Translations under genes and position numbers: made by a program
Part shown: piece after piece, positions 51,467 through 63,691 of the stretch
Position numbering within the stretch: position 1 is the first letter of the stretch
How the letters are laid out: each line of letters opens with the position of its first letter
From: Chiloscyllium plagiosum
Lineage: Eukaryota
Length of the DNA stretch: 64,000 nucleotides
Direction: 5' to 3'
Assembly: GCF_004010195.1 (NCBI RefSeq)
Contig: NC_057718.1
Coordinates: 66,411,351 to 66,475,350, forward strand
The notes under the pieces: generated by a model
What the model saw: the letters and a program-made list of their open reading frames with translations, nothing else
Databases searched by the model: none
Told to the model about the DNA's origin: nothing

Positions 51467-52239
51467 TGAGAAGAACTAAGTTGTATGTAATTTCTGACAA
51501 ATTTGTTAAAGTGCTGAACCTTAACCCCTGTATCCTATTATCACCACTCTTGTCTTACCATATTATGACTGAACTTCGTATAATTATCTTTGGCATATCT
51601 GAACCCTGTTGCTGATGTCTTTCTCTTCACGCTCCATAAGTTTCCAAGTCATCCAAATGTAATAATCTTGCACGACCATCACCAATCTACGTGCCCATCT
51701 TTGTTTCAAGGCATCAAATTTAAGATCGGTTCCTGATTCAAAATTGTTTCATGGTTCATTCCTAACTTGAATCTATGACTTTCTATGGTTCCATGTACCC
51801 TTTATCTCTAGCTACCCTTCCATTTCAGTTCAGTTCTCTTTTTTTGTGTCAGAACCTTGACCATTTGGACCTTATCTTTTGGAACACCCTCCCTCAACCC
51901 TGCCATTTCTCCACTTGTCTTCCCATCTTTCAAAAACATCTCAAAATCCAAAAATTTCAGCTTTTGATCTCTTAATAAAATTTTCCAGACTTAATAACCA
52001 TTCCTTTCATTTCTGCAATATCATGGATAATATTCTACCTTAAAGGGTCTAAATCATATAACATAAATAATGTAAGTGCTAGTCTTGTCTCACTTCCAGT
52101 ACCTTCATTGGAATGAAGGTAGCATGTATTTAACTCTTAACATTAGCAATTTCAATGTTGTACAAAATTATTTTAACAATTAGTTAAGCATGCTAAAATT
52201 AAATTTGGAAAACTGATCACATAGATATTTTGTTTTCTT

Positions 52240-52795
52240 CAGTCATGATATGTGGGCATCACTAGCTGGTCCCGAGATGCCCTTTAGAAAGCGTTGGTGA
52301 GCTGTCTTCTTGAACAGCTGCAGTCCATGCATGTCCCATAATACTCTTAGGGAGGGATTTCCAGAATATTGATACAATGACACTGAAAGAATGGCAATAT
52401 ATTTCCAAGTCAGGATGTTGAGAGGCTTGGAGGGGAACTTGCAGGTGATGGCATTGCGTGTACATGCTGCCCTTGTCTTTTTAGGTGGAAGTAGTCATGG
52501 ATTTGGAAGGTATGTCTGAGGATCTTTGGTGAATTTCTGCAGTGCATCTTGTAGTTGGTACACACTGCTGTTACTGAGCAGTGGTGAGGGAGTGAATGTT
52601 TGTGGTTGTCGTGCCAATTAAGTTGGCTGTTTTCATCTGGATGATGTCATGCGTGTTGAAACTGCACTCACCCAGACAAGTGGGGAATATTCCATCACAC
52701 TCCTGACTTGTGTCTTGAAGGTGGTGGACAGGCTTTGGGTAGTCAGTGGTGAGTTACTGCAGTAGCTGCACAGCCAACGAACTGCCTGCCTGCTG
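52240..52795 (-). mobile_element. CR1/L2-group LINE 3' fragment
   Basis: Typical 3' region 'ccagaatattgatacaatgacactgaaagaatggcaatatatttccaagtcagg'. Related copy at 61830-62155. Confidence 0.7.
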
Positions 52796-52844
52796 AAGCT
52801 CCAGTTGCTGCTGCAGTGACATTTTTGTAACGCTTCCCAATCCT

Positions 52845-53460
52845 GAGTCTAGTGTTTATATAATGCCCCCCCTCCCCCAAAGTTTTTACCACAGCTCTTC
52901 CAGCCCAGTGTTTATATGACTCCCAATCATTTTGTAACAATCACCCCAGCCCAGTATTTTTTTTATAACTCCAGCGCCACACCCCAGTCCAGTGTTTACA
53001 TAACAAGCCGCCTGACATATCCAGTATTTTTATCAACCCCACCCCCAGTAATTTTATAACACCCACAGCTCAGTAATATCAAAACACACTCCCAGCCCAA
53101 TGTTTATATAACTGTCTCCCAGCCCAGCATTTGTACCTTTAATCCCCCCCAATAAACTTTTATCATATCACCCAGCCTAGTGATCATTTTTATTAACAAC
53201 GTCTGAGCCCAATGTTTTATAAAACACCCCACCCAGTTGCACGGTTTGTATAAATGCCCCAGCCCAATTATCTTAACAGCTTCCCAGCCCAGTGCTTATA
53301 CAGGTATAACCTTCTACCAGCCCAGTAATTTTATAAACTAATCACCTACCAGTTCAGTGATTTTATAAAAAAATCCAACCCAGTTTATTGTTTACTTTTT
53401 CTATAAACTCCCCCACCCCAGTGATTGCTTTTACAGATCCGCACCCCAAGCCAAGTGATC
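52845..53460. repeat. Degenerate minisatellite with units of roughly 30-40 bp and core ccccagcccagtRtttatataa
   Basis: More than 15 visible cccag(c/t)ccag/cccagt cores alternating with ttta(t/c)a(t/a)aa tracts. Confidence 0.85.
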
Positions 53461-53739
53461 TCTCAACCACAAACTGAGAATGACCAGCACAGTAACAGGA
53501 AGCACACTGACCTTGTCCTCCCCTCAGACCTTGCACTAACCCATTGGGAGGTGCTGCTGAGCGCAGAATGGTTTGTCTGAACTCCACTGCAGGCAATCTA
53601 AGGCTAAACTGCAGTGCCTGGTGTCCAGTTGTCTTGGAACCCCTTCGCCACTGGACTAATATCTTGCGCTGCTCAGCCTGTGTGGTAGCTGATGTGCAAT
53701 AGTTTCCCCACGTTAGAAGAATTCCCACACAGGCTCCTT

Positions 53740-56385
53740 CCACATCCTTTGAATGAAGTTTAGCAGGATTGTCCAAAGATCCCAGATCACTGCACCACAA
53801 TTTTTGCTGGGGATCTTAGGCACTCTGACATTGACATCACCGCCCTGAGTGAAGCCTGATGAGCAGGGGAAGAGCAGCTCTGAGAAAAAGGTAGTGGCTG
53901 CACCATTTTCTGGAAAGATAAGGCCAAAAATGTGCTGTATCCATGGAGTCAGCTTCGCCATCAAAAACCAACTTGTGGACCAACTCAAAGACGCCCTCCT
54001 TTGGAATAAGTGAATGCCTTATGACACTCCAATTCACCCTTGTTCAGAATCAGTATGTCTCCATACTCTGTGCGTATGCACCAATGCTCAATGTAACAGC
54101 TGAGGATGAGAAATTCTATTCCAGCCTTGACCAATCTCACGCATGGGTCCCTACAGTGGACAAACTAATTGGCCTTGGTGATTTCATTGCCAGAGTCAGC
54201 AAAAGAGCAGACCTTTGGGTGTTGTAATCAGGATAGAGGTAGTAGGGAAGCAACAGCACCCTTCCTTGACCAAATACTGCAAATATAACCACCTCATCAC
54301 CAATACATTGTTTTGCCAAAGGGACAAATACAAGACAACGAGGAAACACCGAGACTGGTTTGATGAGAATGATCAGAAGATCCAAGAACTGTTAAACCAG
54401 AAGCACGTGGCATTTGAGTATAAAACAACAACTGCATTTGGAAAAGAAAAGGCAGGCCTACAGTGACTGAAGGCTGAGCTTCAACAACAAATCCATGGCA
54501 AAAAGACCTGGTGGTAGGTGGAGAAAGCACTGGAGGCCCAATGAATGGCTGACAACTATGACATGCAGGGTTTCTTCTATGCTGTCAAGACCACATATTG
54601 ACAAAATATCCAAGTCCCCACCCTATTGCCGGCCAAGGGTGGAGTGACTCTTATCAAAGATAAAGGAGCCATCAAACGATGCTGGAGGGAGCATTTCAGA
54701 GACCTCCTCAACCAGGGCTCAGTTATCAATCCAAGCATCCTTGAATACATCCCACAGCATACTACATGCCATGTGTTCATGCAACACACCAGCCTTGCAT
54801 GAAGTAGACAAAGCCATCGCCAGCTTAACTAGGCTGCTGGAGCAGACAGTATCCTCACTGAGGCATTGAAGTGTGGAGGCAAACAGCTTCTGCTGCAGCT
54901 GCATCCCTTGACTGTCTTATCTGTAAGGAGGACAGCATCCCGGGAGAGCTCCAAGATGCTGCAGTCATGAGTATTTTCAAAAAAGGGAACAAGTCTGACT
55001 GTGATAACTACAGGAGAATCTTCCTGCAGTCGACTATTGGAAAAGCCATTGCCAAGGTCCTCCTGAATGGTCTCCTCCCAGAGTAGCAGTGTAGCTTACA
55101 GTCACTGGCACAATTGACATGATTTTCACCAAGCAACAGCTGCAAGAGAAAAACAGAGAAAAGAACCTACCCCTGTACGTGGCTGCCTTCAACCTTACAA
55201 AGGCCTTTAGCACCGTCAATCAGCAAGCATTATGGAACGTCCTTCTCCACTTTGGTTGTACCATGAAGTTTGGTGCCATCTTTCACCTGCCTGACGACAA
55301 CATGGAAGTCATAATGACAAATGTCTCCACCACTGACCCCTTCCCTGAATGGTGTCAAGCAGAGCTGTGTCATCGCCCCACCACTGTTCTCAATGTACTT
55401 CACTGCAATGCTTTACCTCACCACCCACAAGCTCCCCGCTGGAGTGGAGCTAACTTACAGAACCTGCAGGAAGTTATTCAACTTCCGCCATCAAGCCAAA
55501 ACCAAAGTCACCCCAACCAATGTCATTGAGCTGCAGTATGCAGATGATTAATGCATACGTGCAATCTCAGGATGTACTCCAGACCTTACTCTCATATGCC
55601 TTCGTAAAGGTAAAAATTATGTATCTCTCCCCAAACATCCACAAGATGAAGATCCTCCTCCAACCTGACCTGGCACTGTGGAACAAACCCTCGGTCATTC
55701 AGGTCCACAGGGAGGCCAGGGACAGCATTGACTGCTTCCAGTCCTTTGGGAGTTTCCTGTTGGCCAAAGCAGCTATTGGAGAGATCCAGCACTGCCTCCC
55801 TATGTGCTAGCACAGCCTTCAGTCACCTGAGGAAATGGGTGTTCGAGGCAAACGACATCAGATCCCACACTGAGATCCCGGTTTACAGAGCTGTGGTGGT
55901 TCCTGCCCTCTGATTATGGAATGGACTGTATACAGCAGACACCTCAAGGCACTAGATCGGTACCACCAACGTTGCCTGTGCAAGATCCTACCAATCTATC
56001 TATTGGGAAGAAAGATGCAACAACACCATAGGTTGGGCACATCATCTGCATGACTGATACGAGTCTCCCCAAGCAGGTACTCTACTCCCAGCTTCAAAAC
56101 AGCAGGTGAGCCCCAGATGGACAGAGGAAATGCTTCAGTGAGACTTCCAAGGCCTCGCTGGTGATGTGCAGCATTCCAACAGACACTGGGAATCACAGCC
56201 CAAGACCCTCCAAATTGGAGGAGGAGCATCCAGGAAGGCAACGGGCACTCCAAGACATGCTTTTGGGAAAATGTAGAAGCCGCACCCACCCCTTCCTGCA
56301 TCCACTACCTGTCCCAATTGTAACAGAGCCTGCGGTGGCTGCACTGGTCTGTATAGCCATCTGCAGACTCCTTGAGAGTGGAATA
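53740..56385 (+). mobile_element. Decayed RTE-clade LINE (EN-RT)
   Basis: EN 'HGVSFAIK', 'SILCAYAPML', 'LIGLGDFIARV'. RT 'YVAAFNLTKAFSTV', 'NGVKQSCVIAPPLF', 'ELQYADD'. C-terminal 'CPNCNRAC'. Confidence 0.9.
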
Positions 56386-56466
56386 GAGTCTGCAAGGGTG
56401 AATGCATGAATGATGGCAGTATTCTTAGCCTCTGATCTGCTGTTGTAGCCACTGTATTTATGAATG

Positions 56467-57465
56467 AAAAAGTGTGGTGCTAGAAAAGCACAGCAGGTCA
56501 GACAGCATCCGACGATCAGGAGAGGAGACATTTCGGGCATAAGCTCTTCTTCAGGAATGCGGAGGAGGAAGGGGGCTGAGAGATACACAGGAGGGTGTGG
56601 GTAGGGCTGTGGGGAAGGTAGGTTATTTTGGTGATCAGTGGATGCAGGTAAGAGGTGATTATGGTACGTCGGAGGGGAGGGTGGAGTGGATAGGCGGGAA
56701 GGAAGATGGACAGATCAAGAGGACGATGCCGAGTTGGAGGGTTGGATCTCGATGGTGCAAGGGGAGATTTGGAAACTAGTGAAGTCAATGTTGATATCGT
56801 GTGGTTGTAGGTTCCAAGGTTGACAATGAGGCATTCTTCCTCCAGTTGGCAGGTGGCTTTGATTTGGCTGTGGAAGAGGTCCAAGATTTGCATGTCCTTG
56901 GGGGAGTGTTAGGGGAAATTGAAGTGATTGGCCACAGGGCGGCACGGTGGCACAGTGGTTAGCACTGCTGCCTCACAGCGCCAGAGACCCGGGTTCAATT
57001 CCCGCCTCAGGCGACTGACTGTGTGGAGTTTGCACGTTCTCCCCGTGTCTGCGTGGGTTTCCTCCGGGTGCTCCGGTTTCCTCCCACAGTCCAAAGATGT
57101 GCAGGTGAGGTGAATTGGCCATGCTAAATTGTCCGTAGTGTTAGTTAGGGGGTAAATGTAGGGGTATGGGTGGGTTGCGCTTCGGCGGGTCGGTGTGGAC
57201 TTGTTGGGCCGAAGGGCCTGTTTCCACACTGTAAAGTAATCTAACCTAATCTAAGGGCAGTGGAGTTGTTTGGTGTGTGTGGACCAGAGATGTTTCCTGA
57301 ACCACTGTGTGAGTTGGCATCCCAGATATAGAAGAGACCACATCGGGCTTATATGCGAAACTCTGACTCTCCTGCTCCTTGGATGTTGCCCAGCCTGCTA
57401 TGTTTTTCCAGCACCACACTTTTTGACTCTGACTCTCCAGCTTCTGCAGTCTTCACTTTTTCCTA
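56467..57465 (-). mobile_element. Penelope-like element fragment with inverted pLTRs (about 56470-56557 minus, about 57355-57465 plus), interrupted by HE1
   Basis: GIY-YIG C-terminal remnant 'PVANHFN..MQILDL..QLEEECLIVNLGT'. Family A pLTR at both ends in opposite orientation. Confidence 0.8.
56937..57254 (+). mobile_element. Young full-length HE1 V-SINE
   Basis: A box tggcacagtgg (56948-56958), B box ggttcaattcc (56992-57002), CpG-rich V-domain and (taatc)n tail. Confidence 0.95.
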
Positions 57466-57714
57466 TCCACTACTTATGTATGGCAAGTTCAGTTGAGTTG
57501 CTGGTCAATGGTAATCCCAGGATGTTCAGTGATAGTAACAACATTGAACGCCAAGGAGCGATGGTTAGATTGCTTCTTATTGGAGGTGCTGGCATTTGTG
57601 TAATGTGAATGTTACATGCTGTTTGTCAGCCAAGTCTGAATATTGTCCAGGTCTTGCTGCATTTAGGCATGGAGTGCTTCAGTATCTAAGGAGTCTGACC
57701 TTATGGGGATGGAA

Positions 57715-58165
57715 CCCAAAGTGAGAGAAGAATAGTTAGGACAGACAAAGGAGTGGATAACAATCTGGCTAGGAGAGTGAATAGCTGTTAATGGAGACTG
57801 TTAGTGGCTAACAATCAGTTGTGTGTAATGACATTCTGTGATCCTGTGTGTGCGGTTGGGGGCTGGGACATAAGAGTTCAAGCCCAAAATTTATTGAACT
57901 CGATATTTAAGTCCTGAAGGTTGCAGGGTCTCTTTGGGCTCTGTTCCTACGTATCCTTTAATCTTTAACCCCTTCCTCCCAACCCTCTCTTTTGCACGTA
58001 AACTGACATTTTCCTACATACAATCAATTCTGAGGCAGGGTCACCAGATCTGAAACATTAACTCTGATTTTTCTTCAGATGCTGCCAGACCTGCTGAGCT
58101 TTTCCAACAACTTCTGTGTTTGTTTTGATTTACAGCATCTGCAGTTCTTTTGGTTTTTGTTTGGT
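57715..58165. mobile_element. PLE family B terminal fragment with an internal inversion
   Basis: A minus-strand PLE 3' region is followed by a plus-strand pLTR 'ttctgaggcagggtcaccagatctgaaacattaactc..gcatctgcag'. Confidence 0.65.
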
Positions 58166-58397
58166 AATCAGCCAGGTTGCGTTTGTTCTGTTTTTTATGT
58201 ATACGATATGCCTGAGCAATGTTCTACATTATTGTGTAAATGTCACTGTTGTAACCATACCGGAACAGCTTGACTACGAGTGCAGCAAGTTCTGGAGCAC
58301 ATATCTCTGTACTATTGCCAGGATGTTGTCAAGGACCAAAGCTTTCGTATGGAGAGAATCAAATTATGAATCAAAGACTGGCATCTGCTGAGCACTT

Positions 58398-59765
58398 AGA
58401 GTCATAGAGATGTACAGCATGGAAACAGACCCTTCAGTCCAACTTGTCCATACCAACCAGATATTTTTTAGATTAGATTACTTAGTGTGGAAACCTTCGG
58501 CCCAACAAGTCCACACTGACCCGCCGAAGCGCACCCACCCTGACCCATTCCCCTACATTTACCCCTGCACCTAACACTACGGGCAATTTAGCATGGCCAA
58601 TTCACCTAACCTGCACATTTTTTTTGGACTGTGGGAAGAAACCGGAGCACCCGAAGGAAACCCACGCAGACGCTGGGAGAATGTGCAAACTCCACACAGA
58701 CAGTCACCTGAGGTGGGAATTGAACCTGGGTCTCTGGCGTTGTGAGGCTGTGAGGCAGCAGTGCTAACCATTGTGCCACCTTGCCGCCCACCGTGGCCCA
58801 GTGGCAGCACCTGGCCCATATCCCTCAAAATCCTTCTTATTCATATACCCATCCAGATGCCTTTTAACTGTTGCAATTGTACCAGCCTCCACCATTTCAT
58901 CTGCCAGACCATTGCACACATGTACCACCCTCTACATGAAAAGGTTACCCCTTAGGTCTCTTTTATATCTTTCCCCCCTCACCCTAAATCTATGTATTCT
59001 AGTGGCCTCCCCCACCCCAGGGAAAAGACCTTGTCTATTTACCCTATCCATGCTCCTCATAATTTTATAAACTTCTATGAGGTCACCCCTCAGCCTCCGA
59101 TGCTCCAGGGAAAACAGCCCCAGCCTATTCAACCTCTCCCGATAGCTCAAATCCTCTAACCCTGGCAATATCCTTGTAAATCTTCTCTGGACGCTTTCAG
59201 GTTTCATAACATCTTTCCGATAGGAAGGAAACCAGAATTACATGCAATGTTCCAAAAGTGGCCTAACCAATGTCCTGTACAGCTGCAACATGATCTCCCA
59301 ACTCCTAAATTCAGTACTCTGAGCAATTAGGGAAAGTATACCAAACGCCGTCTTCACTATCCTATCTACCTGCAACTCCAAGGTCTCTTTGTTTAGCAAC
59401 ATTCCCTAGGACCTTACCATTAAGTGTATAAGTCCTGCTAAGATTTGCTTTCCCAAAATGCAGACCTCACATTTATCTGAATTAAACTCCATCTGCCTGT
59501 CCTCAGTCCATTGGCCCATCTGATCAAGATCCCATTGTAATCCGAGGTAACCTTCTTCGCTGTCCACTACACCTTCCAATTTTGGTGTTATCTGCAAACT
59601 TACGAACTATACCTCTTATGCTCACATCCAAATCCAAAACATAAATGACAAAAAGTAGTGGACCCAGCACCAATCCTTGTGGCATTCCATGGGTCACAGG
59701 CCTCCAGTCTGAAAAACAACCCTCCACCACCACCCTCTGTCTTCTACCTTTTGAGCCAGTTCTGT
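58398..59765 (-). mobile_element. CR1 LINE 3' portion with a nested HE1 (58468-58789, minus strand)
   Basis: 'GMPQGLVLGPLLFVIYV', 'KFADNTK' and 'VQRRFTRILPGL'. Confidence 0.92.
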
Positions 59766-59769
59766 TCTG

Positions 59770-60730
59770 GGCGAAGATTTTTGCATTCGCAAAAGCATCT
59801 TCTTTTGCATTGACGTGATGATTCCCCCATCTTTGGGGATATTTGTGGAACCACTACCTCCAGTGAGTTGTTTAATTATCATCCACCATTCATGACTAGA
59901 TAAAGCAATACTGGAGAGCTTAAATCTGATATGCTGGTTTTGGAATCAGTTGTCTGTCAGTTGCTGCATATGTTGGTAAGAATTGGGAATATGCCAGGCC
60001 AGAAGTCTGTAGATTATGTTGCAGTATGATTTTGCTGATGATGGCCCATGGCGCACAATGAATGCACATGGTTGAAAATATTATCAGTGTTAAGATGGAA
60101 CCTCATCTCAACAAGAAGTCTGCAGTGGTCACTCTTACTGATACTATCATGGACAGTTGCCTCTACAATAGGATGAGGATGAGGTCCCTCCTTGGTTCCC
60201 TTACCACCTAGCACAGACTCAAATTCCAGCAGTTATGTCCTCTATCACTTGACCATCTTGATGAGTAGTGGTCCTACTGAGCCATTCTTGGTGAACATTG
60301 AAGTTTTGACCCACAGTGCATCCTGTGCCCTTGCCACCCTCAGTGCTTCCTCTGAGTGTTGATAAATTAGTGCTGTTCCACATTGATCTGCTGAGGGAAG
60401 ATATTCTACAATAATTAGCAGGGGATTTTCTTTCCCATGACACTTCATTGTATCTGGAGTCAATGCTGAGAGCCTCCAAAGCAACTGTCTCTCATCTGTA
60501 TGCTATTAAGCTGCCACTTCTGCTGGTCTACCTTGCCGGTTGGATAGGATAGTGATGCTGGTGTGTCTGGGAGTTTGTGACATATGATTCCATGAGTATG
60601 ATGATTTCAGGCTATTGCTTGGTTAATCTGAAATACAGCTGTCCCAATTTTCACACTAGTTCACAAGATGTTAGTAAGGGGACTTTGCAGGGTTATTGGG
60701 GTTGTGTTTGCCACTGTCATTTCCCATGCT
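59770..60730 (-). mobile_element. Decayed CR1/L2-group LINE endonuclease region (other pieces at about 57480-57700 and 58170-58390)
   Basis: Remnants 'FNVHQEWL' and 'ATVHDSISKSDHCRLLVE'. Confidence 0.65.
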
Positions 60731-61383
60731 TAGGTTGATCGGCAGCTTCCTTCTCTAAAGGAGATTAGTACATAATAATTAAGTATTTTATCATTATTAA
60801 AACTTTGATTTCAGATTTTGAAAATTAAATTCAAATCCCATTACCTGAGTTTTAAACCCAGTTCCTCGAGCATTACCTATGTCTCTGGATTACTAGTCCA
60901 ACAACAATACAACCAGGGCATCACATCCTCCTAAATTAGGCTTGCAGTGCACGTATTTGAGAATACGGATGTGGCAGATGAGTTTCATATGCTACAGACA
61001 TGTGCAGAAATATAATGATGGTGGAAGAGTGCAATTTGCATTTGTTTCTAAATATGCATCTAAAAACATTGTAAAATAAAAATCAGGTTAAAAATAAAAC
61101 ATGGATAAAATGATCTTTTAAGGACATCAACCAGGTTGATTTTTCAAACAATTGATAGTGGTTTCATAGTCATCATTAGACTCTTAATTTTAGGTTTTTA
61201 TTGCATTCACACCACAATCTGCCATGATGAATTTGTATCTAGATCCCCAGAATGTTCTTTGGATTAATAGTAGAGCAGTAATACCATTAGGCCATCATGT
61301 TCCCTGTATTTGTAGATTGGACATCCCTAACATCTTACAAGAGATTTTAGCCTGTAGCCATCTATTGCCTAAATTTCATGATA

Positions 61384-61386
<3 letters not shown>

Positions 61387-61414
<28 letters not shown>
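61387..61414 (+). repeat. (TC)14 microsatellite forming the polypyrimidine tract of exon 61425
   Basis: Direct read. The repeat ends 10 nt before the exon start. Confidence 0.95.
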
Positions 61415-61418
<4 letters not shown>

Positions 61419-61424
61419 GTGCAG

Positions 61425-61503
61425 ATATTTGATGAAATAGAAATCACCATGATGAATATTTACCACTTACACCTTGAGAGGAATGGATCTGGAACTGCCT
61501 TTG
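61425..61503 (+). CDS. TIAM2: Internal exon of the TIAM2-like gene: end of RBD and start of PDZ (IFDEIEITMMNIYHLHLERNGSGTAF-G)
   Basis: Acceptor (tc)n tttggtgcag| and donor G|gtaagt. 79 nt, phase 0-1. Resembles recalled TIAM2 'VYDEIEVFPLNVYDVQLTKTGSVCDFG'. Confidence 0.85.
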
Positions 61504-61829
61504 GTAAGTGGTTAAGATTATGATCGGTACTTTGTCAACTTTTCTTACAATTTATTTTAAGCAACATTCAGCAGCTCTCTTGTACTATTGTCTTGCACTT
61601 AGGACTTCTGTTTCATGGTACTTCAATGTTCTAACATTACTGCAAACCATGTCCCATTTTTCAGTTTGTGAATCAATGAATTAAATAACTGGAAATGGTC
61701 TATGTTTTAACCCCCTAACTCTGTGGTCAAGAAATCTACAGCAGCAGACTTTTGAGATTTTATTTATAAAATGATTGTTTATGTTCAGAAATACTAAAGC
61801 TGAAAAAATTAATGCTTTTTTTAAAAAAA

Positions 61830-62155
61830 AATCAGCCATGGGATATGGGCATTGCTGGCTGGCCAGCATTTATTGCCCAGCCCTGATTGCCGTTCAGAAG
61901 GTGGTGAGCTACTTCTTCAATTCACTGCAGTCCATTTGGTTAGGTAAACCCACAATGCCAGGGAATTCCAGGATTTTGACCCAGCAACAGTGAAGGAATG
62001 GCGACATATTTCCAAGTAAGGATAGTGAGTGGCTTGGAGTGGAACTTGGTGGGAGTGGTGTTTCCATGTATCTGTTACCCTTGTTCTTCTAGACTGTAGT
62101 GGTTGTGGGTTGGTAAGGTGCTGTATTAGGAACCTTTTAGTGAATTTCTGCAGAA
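61830..62155 (-). mobile_element. CR1/L2-group LINE 3' end
   Basis: Tail 'ggccagcatttattgccc' followed by 3' ORF DNA. Confidence 0.75.
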
Positions 62156-62294
62156 GATGGGACTTCATGCACTGATTTCTTCATACAAATGAGCACACTC
62201 AAGAAATGTTTGTGCGGTACTTTAACAACTTAAGTAAAAGGGAAATGTTAATGTTTCACTTACTTACTTAAAGCTGCAGTTCACACAATTTAGT

Positions 62295-63690
62295 TAGAGG
62301 AAAAAATACTGCAGTGGCTAGAAGAACACAGCAAGTCAAGCGGCATCAAGAGATAGAGAAGTCAATTTTTGGGTACAACCATTCTTCAGGACTGGTGATG
62401 GGGGGGTGAGGGGAGTTGCAGATAAAGGGGGTAGGGCATGAGGGTTTTGGGTGGGGAAAGAGGTGGAGTAGCGAGGTAGTGATAGGTAAACACAGATAGC
62501 TGGTACAATGTGGTTGGTTGATTGGAAGGAAGGAAGGGTCAGTAAGTGGACTGGAAGGGAGCGGGAGGGGCTGGAAAGGGAGTCAGGGATGGGAAGGGAG
62601 GTTATTTGAAATTGGAGAACTCCATGAACCTCTGTCTCACCTGGAAGAACTATTTGGGGCCTTGGATGGAGGTGAGGGAATGATGTGCTGGCAGGTTTTG
62701 CACCAGGAAGGAAATGTACCAGAGTGGTGGGGAGAGTGGTGCGAACCACGGTAGGGGCCCTTGTGAAAGGCAGAGGGGATGGAGAGGGGGAGATGTTCTT
62801 GGTGGTGAGGTCTGGTTGGAATTGGCAGAAGTGTTTAACAATGATACGTTGGATGCAGAGACTGGTTGGGGTACAAGGTGAGGACAAAGGGGACCCTGTC
62901 ATTATTATATTTGGAAGGGGGTGGGGTTTAGAGCAGTGGAGCATGAAATGGAGAGGCAGTGGAGGGCTGTCTGGATGATGGAGGGGGAAAGCACATTGTT
63001 CAAAATAGGTGGACATCTGGGATGCTTGGGAGTGGAATGTCTCCTTGTCCAAACAGATGAAATGGAAGAATTGGGAAAACAGGATGGAGTTCTTGGAGGA
63101 TAATGGGTGGGAAGAGGTGTAGTTTTTAGATTAGATTAGATTAGATTAGATTACTTACAGTGTGGAAACAGGCCCTTCGGCCCAACAAGTCCACACCGAC
63201 CCGCCGAAGCGCAACCCACCCATACCCCTACCTTTACCCCTTTAACCTAACACTACGGGCAATTTAGCATGGCCAATTCACCTGACCCGCACATCTTTGG
63301 ACTGTGGGAGGAAACCGGAGCACCCGGAGGAAACCCACGCAGACACGGGGAGAATGTGCAAACTCCACACAGTCAGTCGCCTGAGTCGGGAATTGAACCC
63401 GCTGTGAGGCAGCTGTGAGGCAGCAGTGCTAACCACTGGGCCACCGTGCCCTGCTGGTAGTGGTAGTCTGGTTCTGGTAGTTGTGGGAGTCTGAGAGTTT
63501 ATAATAAATGTATGTCTGTAGACTGTCACCAGAGATGGAAACAAAGAGGTCAAGAAAGGGGAGGGAGGTGTCCGAAATTGACTATGTGAATTTAAAGGCA
63601 GGGTGGAAGTTGTTGACAAAGTCAATGAACTGCTCTAGTTCAACCTGGGTGCAGGATGCAGCACTGACACCATCATTGACGTACATAATC
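62295..63690 (-). mobile_element. Penelope-like element: RT C-terminus, thumb, GIY-YIG remnants and pLTR, interrupted by HE1
   Basis: Minus strand 'YVNDGVSAASCTQVELEQFIDFVNNFHPAFKFT..SLPFLDL..IYYKLSDSHNY', 'SQFFH', 'FHSQASQM'. Confidence 0.85.
63126..63451 (-). mobile_element. Young HE1 V-SINE
   Basis: (ttaga)n tail, V-domain and tRNA-like head. Confidence 0.95.
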
Positions 63691-63691
63691 T

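Noticed and set aside
52845..53460. CRISPR-like repeat-spacer array
   Set aside because: Degenerate eukaryotic minisatellite. The intervening segments resemble each other and there are no cas genes.
56937..57010. tRNA genes (A/B boxes) here and at other SINE heads
   Set aside because: These are the tRNA-derived heads of HE1 and other SINEs, continuous with V-domain and LINE-like tails.
62336..63052. 238-aa Pro-rich ORF as a novel gene
   Set aside because: Frameshifted read-through of a decayed Penelope element and its C-rich 3' region.
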